Positions 53,344 through 63,477 of a DNA stretch of 64,000 nt are shown here, piece by piece. The position numbers and the translations under genes are program-made. The first letter of the stretch is position 1. Each line of letters starts with the position of its first letter. Source of the DNA: Tagaea sp. (GTDB lineage: Bacteria > Pseudomonadota > Alphaproteobacteria > CACIAM-22H2). The stretch spans positions 928,001 to 992,000 of the forward strand of contig CBDIIB010000005.1 in assembly GCA_965279525.1 (NCBI GenBank). Direction: 5' to 3'. Under the pieces are notes generated by a model. That model had not been told where the DNA came from, made no database searches, and saw only the letters and a program-made list of their open reading frames with translations.

Positions 53344-54078
53344 ATGACCGGCAGCCGCTTTCGCACCCGCATCTACGCCAACTACACGGCCGCGACCTGT
53401 GCACCACTCGCCCCGGACACGCTCGACGGGCTCGCCCCGCGTGCAGCCCATCTGACGCGCACGGTGCGTGCCTATTTCCCGGCAGACCGAAGTGCGCGGA
53501 TTCTCGAACTGGGCTGCGGACACGGCGCCTTGCTGCATTTCGCCCGCCAGCTCGGCTATGCCAACACCGAGGGCGTGGACGGCTCGTCTGCCCAGATCGC
53601 GGCGGCGAAGAAGCTCGGCATCGGCGGCATCCGCGAGGGCCAGCTGATGGAAGCGCTCGCGGCCGCGCCGGACGCGAGCTACGACGCGGTCGTGCTGTTC
53701 GACGTGCTCGAGCATCTGACGCGCGACGAGGTGATCGACGCGATCGACGCGATCGCGCGCGTGCTCAAGAAGGGTGGCCGGCTGATCCTGCACGTGCCCA
53801 ACGGGGCCTCGCCCTTCGGCACGCTGATGATCTATTCCGATTTCACGCACGAGGTGGCCTTCACGCCGGAAAGCCTCGCCCAGATCTTCCTTGCCTCGGG
53901 CTGGTCGCGGGTCGACTGCTTCGAAGATCGGCCCGCCGTGCACGGGGTCGCCAGCTTCGTGCGTGCGGTCCTGTGGCGCTGCATCCGGGCCGTCTTACGT
54001 TTCTATCTGGCGGTCGAGACCGGCTCGCGCCGGCACGACGTGCTGACGCAGAACCTGTTCGCGGTGGCGGTGAAATAG
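53344..54078 (+). CDS. Class I SAM-dependent methyltransferase (paralog of 51429 gene)
   Basis: LELGCGHG, FDVLEHL, RVLKKGG, DFTHE; GAGGA RBS. Confidence 0.9.
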   Translation: MTGSRFRTRIYANYTAATCAPLAPDTLDGLAPRAAHLTRTVRAYFPADRSARILELGCGHGALLHFARQLGYANTEGVDGSSAQIAAAKKLGIGGIREGQLMEALAAAPDASYDAVVLFDVLEHLTRDEVIDAIDAIARVLKKGGRLILHVPNGASPFGTLMIYSDFTHEVAFTPESLAQIFLASGWSRVDCFEDRPAVHGVASFVRAVLWRCIRAVLRFYLAVETGSRRHDVLTQNLFAVAVK

Positions 54079-54079
54079 C

Positions 54080-55837
54080 ATGTGCGGCATCGCCGGCGCC
54101 TTCGCCTATGCCGCCGGCGCGCCGCCCTTGCGCGAGGGCGAGCTGCGCGCGATGCGCGACGCGATGGCAGCCCGCGGCCCCGACGGCACGGGCGAGTATT
54201 TCTCGACCGACCGGCGTCTCGCCTTCGGCCACCGACGCCTTGCCATCGTCGACCTGCGCACCATCGCCGACCAGCCCATGCGGCTTGCCGGCACCGGGAT
54301 CCGCATCGTCTTCAACGGCGAGATCTACAATTACAAGACCCTGCGCGAACGCCTCGCACGCGAGGGTGCCGTCTTCGAGACGACCTCGGATACCGAGGTG
54401 CTGCTGCATCTCTACGCGCGCGAAGGGGCTGGCATGCTGCGCCACCTGCGCGGCATGTACGCATTCGCGATCCACGATCCCGACAAGGGCGGCATGTTTC
54501 TGGCGCGCGATCCATTCGGCATCAAGCCGATGTATCTCGCCGACGATGGCGGGACGCTGCGCTTCGCAAGCCAGGTAAAGGCGCTGCTCGCCGCCGACCG
54601 GCCCGACACGCGACCGGATCCGGCCGGCCATGCCGGCTTCTTCCTGTGGGGCCACGTGCCCGATCCCCATACGCTCTATCGCGGGATCTCGGCGTTGCCC
54701 GCGGGCACGTCGATGTGGGTGGACGCGAAGGGCCTCGGCAAGCCCGCCCCGTTCTTCGACCTCTGTGCGGCACTCGCATCACCTGCTTCGCCCGCACCGA
54801 GCCTGCGCGATGCCGTGCGCGATACGGTCGCCCACCACATGATCGCCGACGTGCCGGTCGGCGTGTTCCTGTCGGCCGGCATCGATTCGACCGTGCTGGC
54901 GGGCATCGCGGCGGAAAACGACGCGGCCCGCCTCGATACCGTCACGCTCGGCTTCGACGCCTATCGCGGGACGGCGAACGACGAGACGAAGCTGGCCGAG
55001 GCCTTCGCCCGCGCGCGCGGAACGCGCCAGCATACGCAGTGGATCGGCCAGGCCGAGTTCGCCGCCGAGCGCGAGGCGCTGTTCGCCGCGATGGACCAGC
55101 CGACGGTCGACGGTATCAACACATATTTCGTCGCGCGCGCGGCAAAGCGTGCCGGTCTCAAGGTGGCGCTGTCGGGCCTCGGCGGCGACGAGATCTTCGC
55201 TGGCTATCCCGGTTTCGCGCAGATCCCGGCCCTGGTGCGGCGCACTGCACCCTTCGCGTTCCTCGGGCCTGTTTTCCGCGCGGCCACGCAAGGCTGGATC
55301 GGGAACTTCACGTCGCCCAAGTATGCGGGCCTGTTCGAGTACGGATCAACATATCCCGGTGCCTATCTGCTGCGCCGCGCGCTGCACATGCCATGGGAGA
55401 TCACGGACCTCCTGCCGCGCGCGATGGCCGAGGAAGGGCTGGCGACACTCGGCTATCCCGACACGCTCGACCGCGGGCTTGCCGCCGTGCCGTCCGACCG
55501 CCTCAAGGTCTCGGCTCTCGAGATCGCAAACTACATGCGCGACCGGCTGCTGCGCGACGGCGACTGGGCGGGCATGGCCCACTCGATCGAGATCCGTGTG
55601 CCGTTCGTCGATCCGGTGTTTCTCGCGAATGCGCTTGCCACGATGGGCGCGCCGGGCAAGCGCGATCTCGCCGCCACGCCGAGCCCGCCGCTGCCGCCGG
55701 AGCTGGTCGACCGGCCGAAAACCGGCTTCGTGGTGCCGGTACGCGAATGGCTGATGGGCGAAGCGCATCCCGACGCCGGCCTGCGCGGCCTGCGCGGCTG
55801 GTCGAAGCAGGTCTACCGCGCCTTCACGGACGCGTGA
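54080..55837 (+). CDS. asnB: AsnB-type glutamine amidotransferase (probably polysaccharide amidation)
   Basis: MCGIAG Ntn Cys, RGPD, FNGEIYN, SDTEV, FLSAGIDS, LSGLGGDE. Confidence 0.92.
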   Translation: MCGIAGAFAYAAGAPPLREGELRAMRDAMAARGPDGTGEYFSTDRRLAFGHRRLAIVDLRTIADQPMRLAGTGIRIVFNGEIYNYKTLRERLAREGAVFETTSDTEVLLHLYAREGAGMLRHLRGMYAFAIHDPDKGGMFLARDPFGIKPMYLADDGGTLRFASQVKALLAADRPDTRPDPAGHAGFFLWGHVPDPHTLYRGISALPAGTSMWVDAKGLGKPAPFFDLCAALASPASPAPSLRDAVRDTVAHHMIADVPVGVFLSAGIDSTVLAGIAAENDAARLDTVTLGFDAYRGTANDETKLAEAFARARGTRQHTQWIGQAEFAAEREALFAAMDQPTVDGINTYFVARAAKRAGLKVALSGLGGDEIFAGYPGFAQIPALVRRTAPFAFLGPVFRAATQGWIGNFTSPKYAGLFEYGSTYPGAYLLRRALHMPWEITDLLPRAMAEEGLATLGYPDTLDRGLAAVPSDRLKVSALEIANYMRDRLLRDGDWAGMAHSIEIRVPFVDPVFLANALATMGAPGKRDLAATPSPPLPPELVDRPKTGFVVPVREWLMGEAHPDAGLRGLRGWSKQVYRAFTDA

Positions 55838-55845
55838 GGCCGGCC

Positions 55846-57069
55846 ATGGACAAGCTCCGCCTCGCCTATCTCGTCACGCACCCGATCCCCTATCAGGCGC
55901 CGCTCCTGCGCATGGTGGCGGCCCAGCCCGACATCGAATTCAAGGCGTTCTTCGGTACCGACTTCACGACGCGGCCCTTCGTCGCCGGCGATTTCGGCCA
56001 GCAGATCATCTGGGACGTGCCGCTCGTCGAGGGCTACGCGCACCGCACGCTCGGCCGTCTCGACCCACAGCCGCCGGCCGGTATCATCGAGCCGCTCACG
56101 CTCTGGCGCCCGCTGTCGACCGGTTTCGCGCGTGCGCTCGATGAAGGAAAGTTCGACGCGCTGTGGATTCACGGCTACGCGCATTTCAGCCATTGGGCGG
56201 CGATCCTGTCGGCCAAGAAGCGCGGCATCAAGGTGATGATCCGCGACGAGGCGACGCCGATCTCGGCCGTGCGCTCGCCCGCCAAGCGTTTCGCCAAGCG
56301 CGCCTTCTTCGAGGCGCTCAAGCTCGGCGTGGATGCCTACCTCGCGATCGGCACGCTCAACCGGCAGTACTATCTCGACTACGGCGTGCCGGCCTCGCGG
56401 ATCTTCCACGTGCCCTATGCGGTCGACAACGACCGCTTCGCCGGCCAGGCGCACGCGGCCTCCGTCCGGCGCGCCGAATTCAAGCACGAGCTGGGCATAG
56501 CACCCGGCCGGCCAGTCGTGCTTTTCTGCGCCAAGCTCATCGAGCGCAAGCGCCCCGGCCTGCTGCTCGACGCCTTCGCGCGCATCCATCGCGATCCGGC
56601 CATGCGCGATCCCGTACTTGTCTTCGTCGGCGACGGGCCACAGCGCGGCGAACTCGAAGCGGCGGCTTTGAGGCTCGGCCCCGACGCCGTGCGTTTCCTC
56701 GGCTTCAAGAAGCAGAACGAGCTGCCACCCTGCTACGACCTTGCCGACCTGTTCGTGCTGCCCTCCGGGCAGGAAGCCTGGGGCCTTGTTGTCAACGAGG
56801 TGATGTGCGCGGGCAAAGCCGTGATCTGCTCGGACAGCATCGGTGCGGCACCCGACCTCGCCAGGCCCGGCGAGAACGGTGCCATTTTCCGAACCGACGA
56901 TGTCGGCGATCTCGCGCGCGCACTGGCCGACGTGCTGCGCGACGAAAAGCGGCTTGCCGCAATGGGGCGGCGCTCGTCCGAGATCATCGATACGTGGAGC
57001 TACCGCGAAGACGTAGCGGGCCTGCGTGCCGCACTCGCCGCCATCTGTCCGGGGCGGATCGCGCCATGA
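55846..57069 (+). CDS. GT4 glycosyltransferase
   Basis: THPIPYQAP, YAVDN, K.I.RK, EAWGLVVNEVM. Confidence 0.9.
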   Translation: MDKLRLAYLVTHPIPYQAPLLRMVAAQPDIEFKAFFGTDFTTRPFVAGDFGQQIIWDVPLVEGYAHRTLGRLDPQPPAGIIEPLTLWRPLSTGFARALDEGKFDALWIHGYAHFSHWAAILSAKKRGIKVMIRDEATPISAVRSPAKRFAKRAFFEALKLGVDAYLAIGTLNRQYYLDYGVPASRIFHVPYAVDNDRFAGQAHAASVRRAEFKHELGIAPGRPVVLFCAKLIERKRPGLLLDAFARIHRDPAMRDPVLVFVGDGPQRGELEAAALRLGPDAVRFLGFKKQNELPPCYDLADLFVLPSGQEAWGLVVNEVMCAGKAVICSDSIGAAPDLARPGENGAIFRTDDVGDLARALADVLRDEKRLAAMGRRSSEIIDTWSYREDVAGLRAALAAICPGRIAP

Positions 57070-58355
57070 AAGACATGTCGGTCTCTTTCATTACGACGAT
57101 CCTGATCCAGATCGTCAATATCCTGACCGGCCTGCTCGCCGCGCGCCTGCTGCTGCCCGAAGGGCGCGGCGAACTTGCCGAGATCATGCTGTGGCCCGGC
57201 CTGCTGATCGAGTTCGGCATCCTCGCGATGTCGGATGCCCTCCTCTACCGGGCGGCAACGCGCTCCGCCGGTCCCAAGGTGCTTTTCGCGACCGTGATGG
57301 CGATCGGGGCCGTGCTTGCGGTCGTTCTCGTGGCGGTCGGGTTCCTCGTCCTGCCCTACACGGTCGCGCACGACTCCCAGACCGTGAAGGCCGTCGAGTT
57401 CTGGTATCTGGCCGCTTTCGTGCCGGTCTATCTCTTCTCGCTTTTCGTCGCGACGATGTTCCAGGGTCAGCTCGACATCCTCGCGTGGAACGTCGTGCGC
57501 GCCCTTGTCGGATTCGGCTATCTCGGCTTCATCGCGATCTTCTGGTTTGCCGACAAGACGCAGGTTGCGAACTTTGCCGTCGCCTACATTGCTGGCAACG
57601 CGCTTTCGGCCCTGGTCGGCCTCGCGTGGCTGACGCGGCGGGGCTGGGTGGGCTGGCGGCCGGATCTTGCCGTCGCACGCGGACTTGTCGCTTACGGCGC
57701 TCGCGTCCATGTCGGCGAGATGGTCAACAGCCTGCGCCAGCGCGTCGACCAGATGGCTGTTTCGCTGTTCCTGACCTCGGCGGACATGGGTCTCTATGTC
57801 GTGGCGTTGACCGTCGCCAACGGCCCGATGATCCTCGTCAACACGATTGCCGGCGTGGCATTCCCGAAGATCAGCCAGGCGCCCGACAAATCCGAGAAGC
57901 TCCGCATCTTCGGCCTCTACCTGCGTCTCGCGATGGCGATGTCGATCGCCAGTGCCGCGAGCCTTGCGATCCTCGCCGAGTATCTGGTGCCGCTGATCTT
58001 CGGCCGGCTTTTCGACGACAGCGCGACCTTGTGCCAGATCATGCTGATCGGGCTGCCGTTCTTTGCGGCGAAGCTGATGTTCATCCAGGCGCTCAACGCG
58101 TTCGACCGTTCGCTCGCCATCGGCTGGGCGGAGGCCGCCGGCCTCATCGCGGCGGTGCTCTCGCTTTACGGAATGCTGCCGGTCCTCGGCATCTACGGGG
58201 CCGCCTGGGCGCTGGTCGTCGCCAATGTCGTGGCGCTGGGTGCCATGGCCGCGTCGCTCAACCGCCAGATCGGGGCGCCGGTCCTGCGGCTGCTGCGGCC
58301 TACCGAAGAGGATTTCGAGAAGGTCCGCCGGATCGCGGCGCGCGTGTGGCGATGA
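57066..58355 (+). CDS. Wzx-type oligosaccharide flippase
   Basis: ARLLLPEGRGE, RVDQ...SLFL....MGLYVVA; about 12 TM; ATGA overlap. Confidence 0.85.
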   Translation: MKDMSVSFITTILIQIVNILTGLLAARLLLPEGRGELAEIMLWPGLLIEFGILAMSDALLYRAATRSAGPKVLFATVMAIGAVLAVVLVAVGFLVLPYTVAHDSQTVKAVEFWYLAAFVPVYLFSLFVATMFQGQLDILAWNVVRALVGFGYLGFIAIFWFADKTQVANFAVAYIAGNALSALVGLAWLTRRGWVGWRPDLAVARGLVAYGARVHVGEMVNSLRQRVDQMAVSLFLTSADMGLYVVALTVANGPMILVNTIAGVAFPKISQAPDKSEKLRIFGLYLRLAMAMSIASAASLAILAEYLVPLIFGRLFDDSATLCQIMLIGLPFFAAKLMFIQALNAFDRSLAIGWAEAAGLIAAVLSLYGMLPVLGIYGAAWALVVANVVALGAMAASLNRQIGAPVLRLLRPTEEDFEKVRRIAARVWR

Positions 58356-59599
58356 ACCGGCATGCCGTGCGCGGCCTTGTCGGCCATCCGGGGTCGAACC
58401 ATCTCGCCTACCAGATGGTCGCGGCCCTGCAGAAGGCCGGCTACGACGCGTCGTTCGAGACGGGGCTGTTCTGGACCGGGACTGGTCTGCTGCCGAAACT
58501 CACCGGCCTTTTTCCGGCCGCCTTGCGCGGCAGGATCGAGCGCGAATTGAAGCGCCGGTCGCACCCGGACATCGATCCGGCCCGCGTGTCGTTCCAGCCG
58601 GCTCCCGAACTTATGTACCTCGCGTCGACTCGCCTGAAACTGTCGGCCGAACGGCAGCTTGCCGCCATCGCGTGGCGCAACGACGTGTTCGACGCGCAGT
58701 TCGCCCAGCGCGTGCTGGCCGAACGGCCGCGCTTCACGATCGGACATGACAGCTCGGCCCTTGCCGCACAGCGCGCCACGCAGAGTTATGGCGGCCTTGC
58801 GATTCTCAATCAGGTGATCGGCCATATCCGGAGCGGGCTCGACCTGTTCGCCGAGGAAGCGCGGCTGGCGCCCGAGTTCGCCGAGACGTTGCCGCTGCCG
58901 CCCTCGCGCGTGATCGAGCAATGCACGACCGAGGCGCGCGAAGCCGATCGTGTGATCGTGCCGTCGGACTATGTACGCGACACGATGATCGCGAACGGCA
59001 CCAAGGCGGCGCGCGTGTTCGTGCTCCCCTATGGCGTCGATACGCAGCGCTTCCGTCCGCCCGAGCGGCCGCGCGAACCGGACGGCAATTTCCGTGTGCT
59101 GTTCGTCGGCGCGCTGACCCAGCGCAAGGGCATCAAGTACCTGCTTGAGGCTGCGAAGCGGGCCGACATCAAGGGTCTCGAGCTTGTCTGCGTGGGCAAA
59201 CTTGCGGGCGATCCGGCGGCTTTTGCACCCTATGCCGACATATTCCGCCATGTGCGCCACGTGCCGTTCCACGAGGTGCACCGGCTCTTCCAGACCGCCG
59301 ACGTCTTCGCCTATCCCTCGCTGCATGAAGGCTCTGCCTTCGCGAGCTACGAAGCACTCGCTTCGGGTCTGCCGGTGGTTTGCACGCCCAACACGGGTTC
59401 TGTGGTACGGGACGGGAGCGAGGGATTCATCGTGCCGGTGCGCGACGTCGACGCCCTCGTCGAGCGGCTGCGCCGTCTTGCGCGCGACCCGGACCTGCGC
59501 GCGCGCATGGCGCTGGCGGCCCGTGCTCGCGCCGAGGAATTCACGTGGACGCATTATGGCGAGCGTCTGGCGACGTGGTTCGACGCGCAGCTTTCCTGA
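58352..59599 (+). CDS. GT4 glycosyltransferase
   Basis: PYGVD...F, LFVG...QRKG..YLLEA, PSLHEGSAFASYEALASGLP. Confidence 0.9.
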   Translation: MNRHAVRGLVGHPGSNHLAYQMVAALQKAGYDASFETGLFWTGTGLLPKLTGLFPAALRGRIERELKRRSHPDIDPARVSFQPAPELMYLASTRLKLSAERQLAAIAWRNDVFDAQFAQRVLAERPRFTIGHDSSALAAQRATQSYGGLAILNQVIGHIRSGLDLFAEEARLAPEFAETLPLPPSRVIEQCTTEAREADRVIVPSDYVRDTMIANGTKAARVFVLPYGVDTQRFRPPERPREPDGNFRVLFVGALTQRKGIKYLLEAAKRADIKGLELVCVGKLAGDPAAFAPYADIFRHVRHVPFHEVHRLFQTADVFAYPSLHEGSAFASYEALASGLPVVCTPNTGSVVRDGSEGFIVPVRDVDALVERLRRLARDPDLRARMALAARARAEEFTWTHYGERLATWFDAQLS

Positions 59600-59605
59600 A
59601 GCCCC

Positions 59606-59641
59606 AAAAGCAAAACCCCGCGCCTTGAAGGGCGCGGGGTT
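59606..59641 (-). terminator. Rho-independent terminator of trxA (possibly bidirectional)
   Basis: AACCCCGCGCC-N6-GGCGCGGGGTT stem with TTGCTTTT tail on the minus strand, between convergent genes. Confidence 0.8.
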
Positions 59642-59664
59642 CGCGAAGTCGCGGCCGGAAACGG

Positions 59665-59991
59665 TCAGACGTTCTGCTGGACCCACTCGTAGAGCTTGCT
59701 CTTGGGCAGCGAGCCGATCTTGGTCGCGGCAACCTCGCCACCCTTGAACAGCATCAGCGTGGGGATGCCGCGCACGCCGTACTTGGACGGCGTCATCGGG
59801 TTCTCGTCGATATTGATCTTGGCGACGGTCAGCTTGCCGGCCATGTCGCCGGCCAGCTCGTCGAGGGCCGGTGCGATCTGCTTGCAGGGGCCGCACCATT
59901 CCGCCCAGAAATCGACCAGCACCGGGGACGCCGACTGGAGCACGTCGGTCTGGAAGCTGGCATCGGTAACCTTGGTCGTGTTGGCGCTCAT
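59665..59991 (-). CDS. trxA: Thioredoxin
   Basis: [16 protein letters not shown]. Confidence 0.98.
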   Translation of the reverse strand: MSANTTKVTDASFQTDVLQSASPVLVDFWAEWCGPCKQIAPALDELAGDMAGKLTVAKINIDENPMTPSKYGVRGIPTLMLFKGGEVAATKIGSLPKSKLYEWVQQNV

Positions 59992-60030
59992 GGAAGCCTC
60001 GCGGATGAACGGCGAATCGAAGATACGTGA

Positions 60031-60059
60031 AGGTAGGAAGGGCCAAGGTCCCGGTCAAG
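60031..60059 (-). promoter_or_regulatory. Possible RpoH-type promoter of trxA
   Basis: Minus strand CTTG-N18-CCTACCT, resembling alphaproteobacterial RpoH promoters. Confidence 0.3.
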
Positions 60060-60096
60060 GCAGACCGACCTCAAAGAAACTGTCGTACCTTTTCAG

Positions 60097-63000
60097 TCAG
60101 TTAGGTGCGTGCCGGTCGAGAAATTCCGGGGGGATCGGCATCAGGCGCGGTGCATGCGTCCACAACAGCGCGCAGCGGATCGCCCGACCTTCGAACAACG
60201 GCATCAGCGCCGCGCGATACGCGGCAAGCTGCGCGAGATAGACCGGCGCCACGCCGGCAACGTCGGCCGGCGGCGGCCGGTTGGTCTTGAAGTCGATCAC
60301 ATAGACCGCATCGTCGCGCACGACGAGCCGGTCGATCCGCCCCGACAGCGCACGACCGCCGAGGCGTGCCACGACCGCCGCCTCGGCAAGACCGGGGCCA
60401 TCGAACGCGGCGGCGAATTCCGGATGGGCGAGCACGGCCAGCGTCTCGCGCGCGAGCTCGTCGACCTGCGCCGGCGTCAGGCCATAGGCCGGACGCGACA
60501 GCAGCCGGCGGGCGGCGTCCGCACGCGCACCGGCATCAAGGTCGGGCAGCGCCTGCAGCAGCCGATGGATGAGCTTGCCGCGCAGGAACGCGAACCCCTC
60601 GCCGGTTCCCAATGGCGAAGCGACGGGCGGTTCGCTTTCCGGCCGCGAGGGCGCCAGCGGGCGCGGCGGCGACGGTTCGGCGGGCGCTGCCTTGCCACGC
60701 GCCCACAATGGCAGAGGTGCCGCGACGACGTTCCCGGCATCCACTTCGGCACGGCCGTCGATCTGGCGGGTCGACTGCTCGATCCGCCAGACCTTGCCGT
60801 CCGGCGTGTCGATCTCGACGGCCTGCGGATGGGCCTGCAGCGCCGGCGCCACGCGCGCGTACCAGGAGCCCGCACCGATCCCCTTGTCGCCGGCCCAGCC
60901 GCAGACATAGAGCCGGTCGCGCGCGCGCGTCATCGCGACATAGAGCAGGCGCCGGTACTCGGCCTGTTCGCGCGCCGAGATCTCGGCACGCGCCGCGGCG
61001 ACGAGCTTCTGGGCGCCGGTGCCGCGCGGCGGCCACAGCGGCAGGCCGCCTGCCCACACGACGCTGGCACGCGCGCCGGGCGGCGTGCACGTATCGGGCA
61101 GGAAGACGATATCCGCTTCCAGTCCCTTGGCGCCGTGCACGGTCATCACGCGCACTTCATCGCGCCCCTGCTCCATATCGCGCTTGAGATCCGTGGCACC
61201 GGATTCGAACCATGCGAGAAATCCCTGGAGAGACGGTGCACCGGCACGCTCGTAGGAAAGACATGCGGCAAGAAACTCGTCGAGCGGATCCGCCGCGTCC
61301 GGTCCGAGCCGAGCCAGCATGCGCTGGCGTCCGTCGCGCGCGTTGAGCAGGCCCGCGTAAAGCTCGTAGGGCGCCACGAAATCGGCGCGCGAAAGCATGT
61401 CGGTCAGTTCGTCGCACGCCGCGCGCCACTTCGTGCGCTCGTCCGCGCGTGCGCGCAGCGTTGCCCATAGATGGCGCTTCCGGCGCCAGGCAAGGGCGAA
61501 CAGGTCGTCGTCGTCGAAACCGTAGAGCGGCGATTTCAGGACTTCGGCCAGCGCGAGGTCGTCGGCCGGCATCAGGCAGAATCGCGCGAGGGAAAGCAGA
61601 TCCATCACCGCGATCTGGTCGGCGAGGACCATGCGATCCGCACCGGCGACCGCCACGCCCGCATCCTTGAAGGCGCGCACGCATGCCTCGAAGAAGCGGT
61701 TGCGCCGGCGCACGAGAACGAGCACGTCGCCCGCACGGACCTTGCGGCCACGCGCCGGCAGGTCCTCCACCCCGATCCATTGCCTGACCGTATCCGCGAT
61801 GCGCGCGGCAAGTCGCACCGAAGGATGCTCTGTCGAAAGATAGTCGACCGGCGCGTCCCACTCGGACGGCGGATCGGACGGCGCAGTGAGCATGGGCTCC
61901 CACAGTTCGACGCGTCCGCCAGCCCCGGCCCGGTGCGCGCGATGCATCAGCGTTCGCGCGCCCGAAACGACACCGTCGCGATTGTCCGGAATGGCAAAGA
62001 CGTGGTCGACGGCGTCGAGAACGGCCGGCGCCGAACGGAACGACACTTCAAGCGGCACCTCGGCCCAGCGCTGGCCGACCTTGGCCTGGAACGCGGCGCG
62101 CGTGCGTTCGAATGTCGCGAGATCGGCGCCCTGGAAACTGAAGATCGACTGCTTCTCGTCGCCGACGACGAAGACGCTGCGCGGCGGACGCGATTCGCGT
62201 GCCCCCGCACCGGCGAAAAACTCGTCGATCAGCGCGCCGACCGCTTCCCACTGCTCGGGGGCCGTGTCCTGCGCCTCGTCGACGAGGACATGATCGATGC
62301 CGCCATCGAGCTTGTAGTGTACCCACGGGGTGGTGCCTTTCAGCAGCGCCACCGCGCGCAGGATCAGATCGTCGTAGTCGAGCAGGGCCCGCGACTTCTT
62401 GAGCCGGTCGTAGCGATCGAACAGGGCGGCCCCCAGCCGCAGCAATGCCGCCGACGGCTCTGCCGTCATGATCGCCAGCAGCCGGTCGTTGAGCGTGCCG
62501 ACACGCGCCTGTTCGGCAAGGAGTATGGCCTCGGTCCCCGGATGCGCAGCCTCGACACCCTTGGTCGCGAGCCGTTTGCGCGGCTTGCCGGTCTGCGTCA
62601 TGAACGCGGCGATCCAGTCATCGATGCCGGTCTCCGGCGGATCTGCGCGCAATGCCGCCTTCAGACTGGCGGCGATCTCCTTGTCGCTATCCTTCCCGGC
62701 TTCCAGCACCGCCACGGCACGCTCCAGCGCAGCCATATCGGCATCCGCACGGTGCGCGGCGAACGCGGACCCACGCGTCTCGCCAGGCGCCACGCCCAGT
62801 GCTTCGTGGAGATCGCCGACGGCGGCCTCGACATTGCCGTCCTTCGCGTCGAGCAGACGGCGCAGACGGCGCCGATCGGCAAGCAGCGCATCGATGGCGG
62901 TCCGGAACCCGCCTTCGGTTGCCCAAGTCGAAAGGATTTTCAATGCTTCGGCGAGGACGGGATCGGCGGCGCAATCCGCGATCAGGATCTCGCGCGCATG

Positions 63001-63477
63001 ATGGAGGAGTTCCTTTCCGGTCCCCTCATCGGCGACCGAGAAGTGCGGCGGCACGCCGGACTCGACCGGAAACCGCTTCAGAATCCCTTCGCAGAAAGAG
63101 TGGATCGTCTGGATGCGCAGGCTTCCGGGCGCATCGATGACCCGCGCGAACAGCGTGCGCGCGTGTCGAAGTTCGCCTGCTTCGGCCGCACGGCCGAGAC
63201 GGTCGAGAAGCTCGTCCGCGAGCGGCTTCTCGTCCAGCGTCGCCCACTTCGCAAGGAGCCTGGACAGCCGGTCGCGCATCTCGGCGGCGGCGGCCTTCGT
63301 GAAGGTCAGACACAGGATCGCCGACGGCCGCGCGCCCGCCAGCAGCAGGCGCACGATGCGCGAGGTCAGCACGTACGTCTTTCCCGAACCGGCATTGGCG
63401 ACGACCCAGACCGAATTGTCCGGATTTGCGGCGGCGCGCTGGTTGGCGAACCCGGCTTCGATGTCGCGCGCAGTCAT
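60097..63477 (-). CDS. addA: Double-strand break repair helicase/nuclease AddA
   Basis: ANAGSGKT, VDEAQDT, VGDEKQSIFSFQGA, TVHGAKGLE, GRIDRL...IDFKT nuclease. Confidence 0.96.
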   Translation of the reverse strand: MTARDIEAGFANQRAAANPDNSVWVVANAGSGKTYVLTSRIVRLLLAGARPSAILCLTFTKAAAAEMRDRLSRLLAKWATLDEKPLADELLDRLGRAAEAGELRHARTLFARVIDAPGSLRIQTIHSFCEGILKRFPVESGVPPHFSVADEGTGKELLHHAREILIADCAADPVLAEALKILSTWATEGGFRTAIDALLADRRRLRRLLDAKDGNVEAAVGDLHEALGVAPGETRGSAFAAHRADADMAALERAVAVLEAGKDSDKEIAASLKAALRADPPETGIDDWIAAFMTQTGKPRKRLATKGVEAAHPGTEAILLAEQARVGTLNDRLLAIMTAEPSAALLRLGAALFDRYDRLKKSRALLDYDDLILRAVALLKGTTPWVHYKLDGGIDHVLVDEAQDTAPEQWEAVGALIDEFFAGAGARESRPPRSVFVVGDEKQSIFSFQGADLATFERTRAAFQAKVGQRWAEVPLEVSFRSAPAVLDAVDHVFAIPDNRDGVVSGARTLMHRAHRAGAGGRVELWEPMLTAPSDPPSEWDAPVDYLSTEHPSVRLAARIADTVRQWIGVEDLPARGRKVRAGDVLVLVRRRNRFFEACVRAFKDAGVAVAGADRMVLADQIAVMDLLSLARFCLMPADDLALAEVLKSPLYGFDDDDLFALAWRRKRHLWATLRARADERTKWRAACDELTDMLSRADFVAPYELYAGLLNARDGRQRMLARLGPDAADPLDEFLAACLSYERAGAPSLQGFLAWFESGATDLKRDMEQGRDEVRVMTVHGAKGLEADIVFLPDTCTPPGARASVVWAGGLPLWPPRGTGAQKLVAAARAEISAREQAEYRRLLYVAMTRARDRLYVCGWAGDKGIGAGSWYARVAPALQAHPQAVEIDTPDGKVWRIEQSTRQIDGRAEVDAGNVVAAPLPLWARGKAAPAEPSPPRPLAPSRPESEPPVASPLGTGEGFAFLRGKLIHRLLQALPDLDAGARADAARRLLSRPAYGLTPAQVDELARETLAVLAHPEFAAAFDGPGLAEAAVVARLGGRALSGRIDRLVVRDDAVYVIDFKTNRPPPADVAGVAPVYLAQLAAYRAALMPLFEGRAIRCALLWTHAPRLMPIPPEFLDRHAPN

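Noticed and set aside
54082-59599. ORF-track entries of 995, 730 and 857 aa suggesting fusions or frameshifts in the glycan cassette
   Set aside because: The N-terminal extensions are Arg/Pro-rich off-frame read-through of upstream genes; real genes begin at internal ATGs with stop/start coupling
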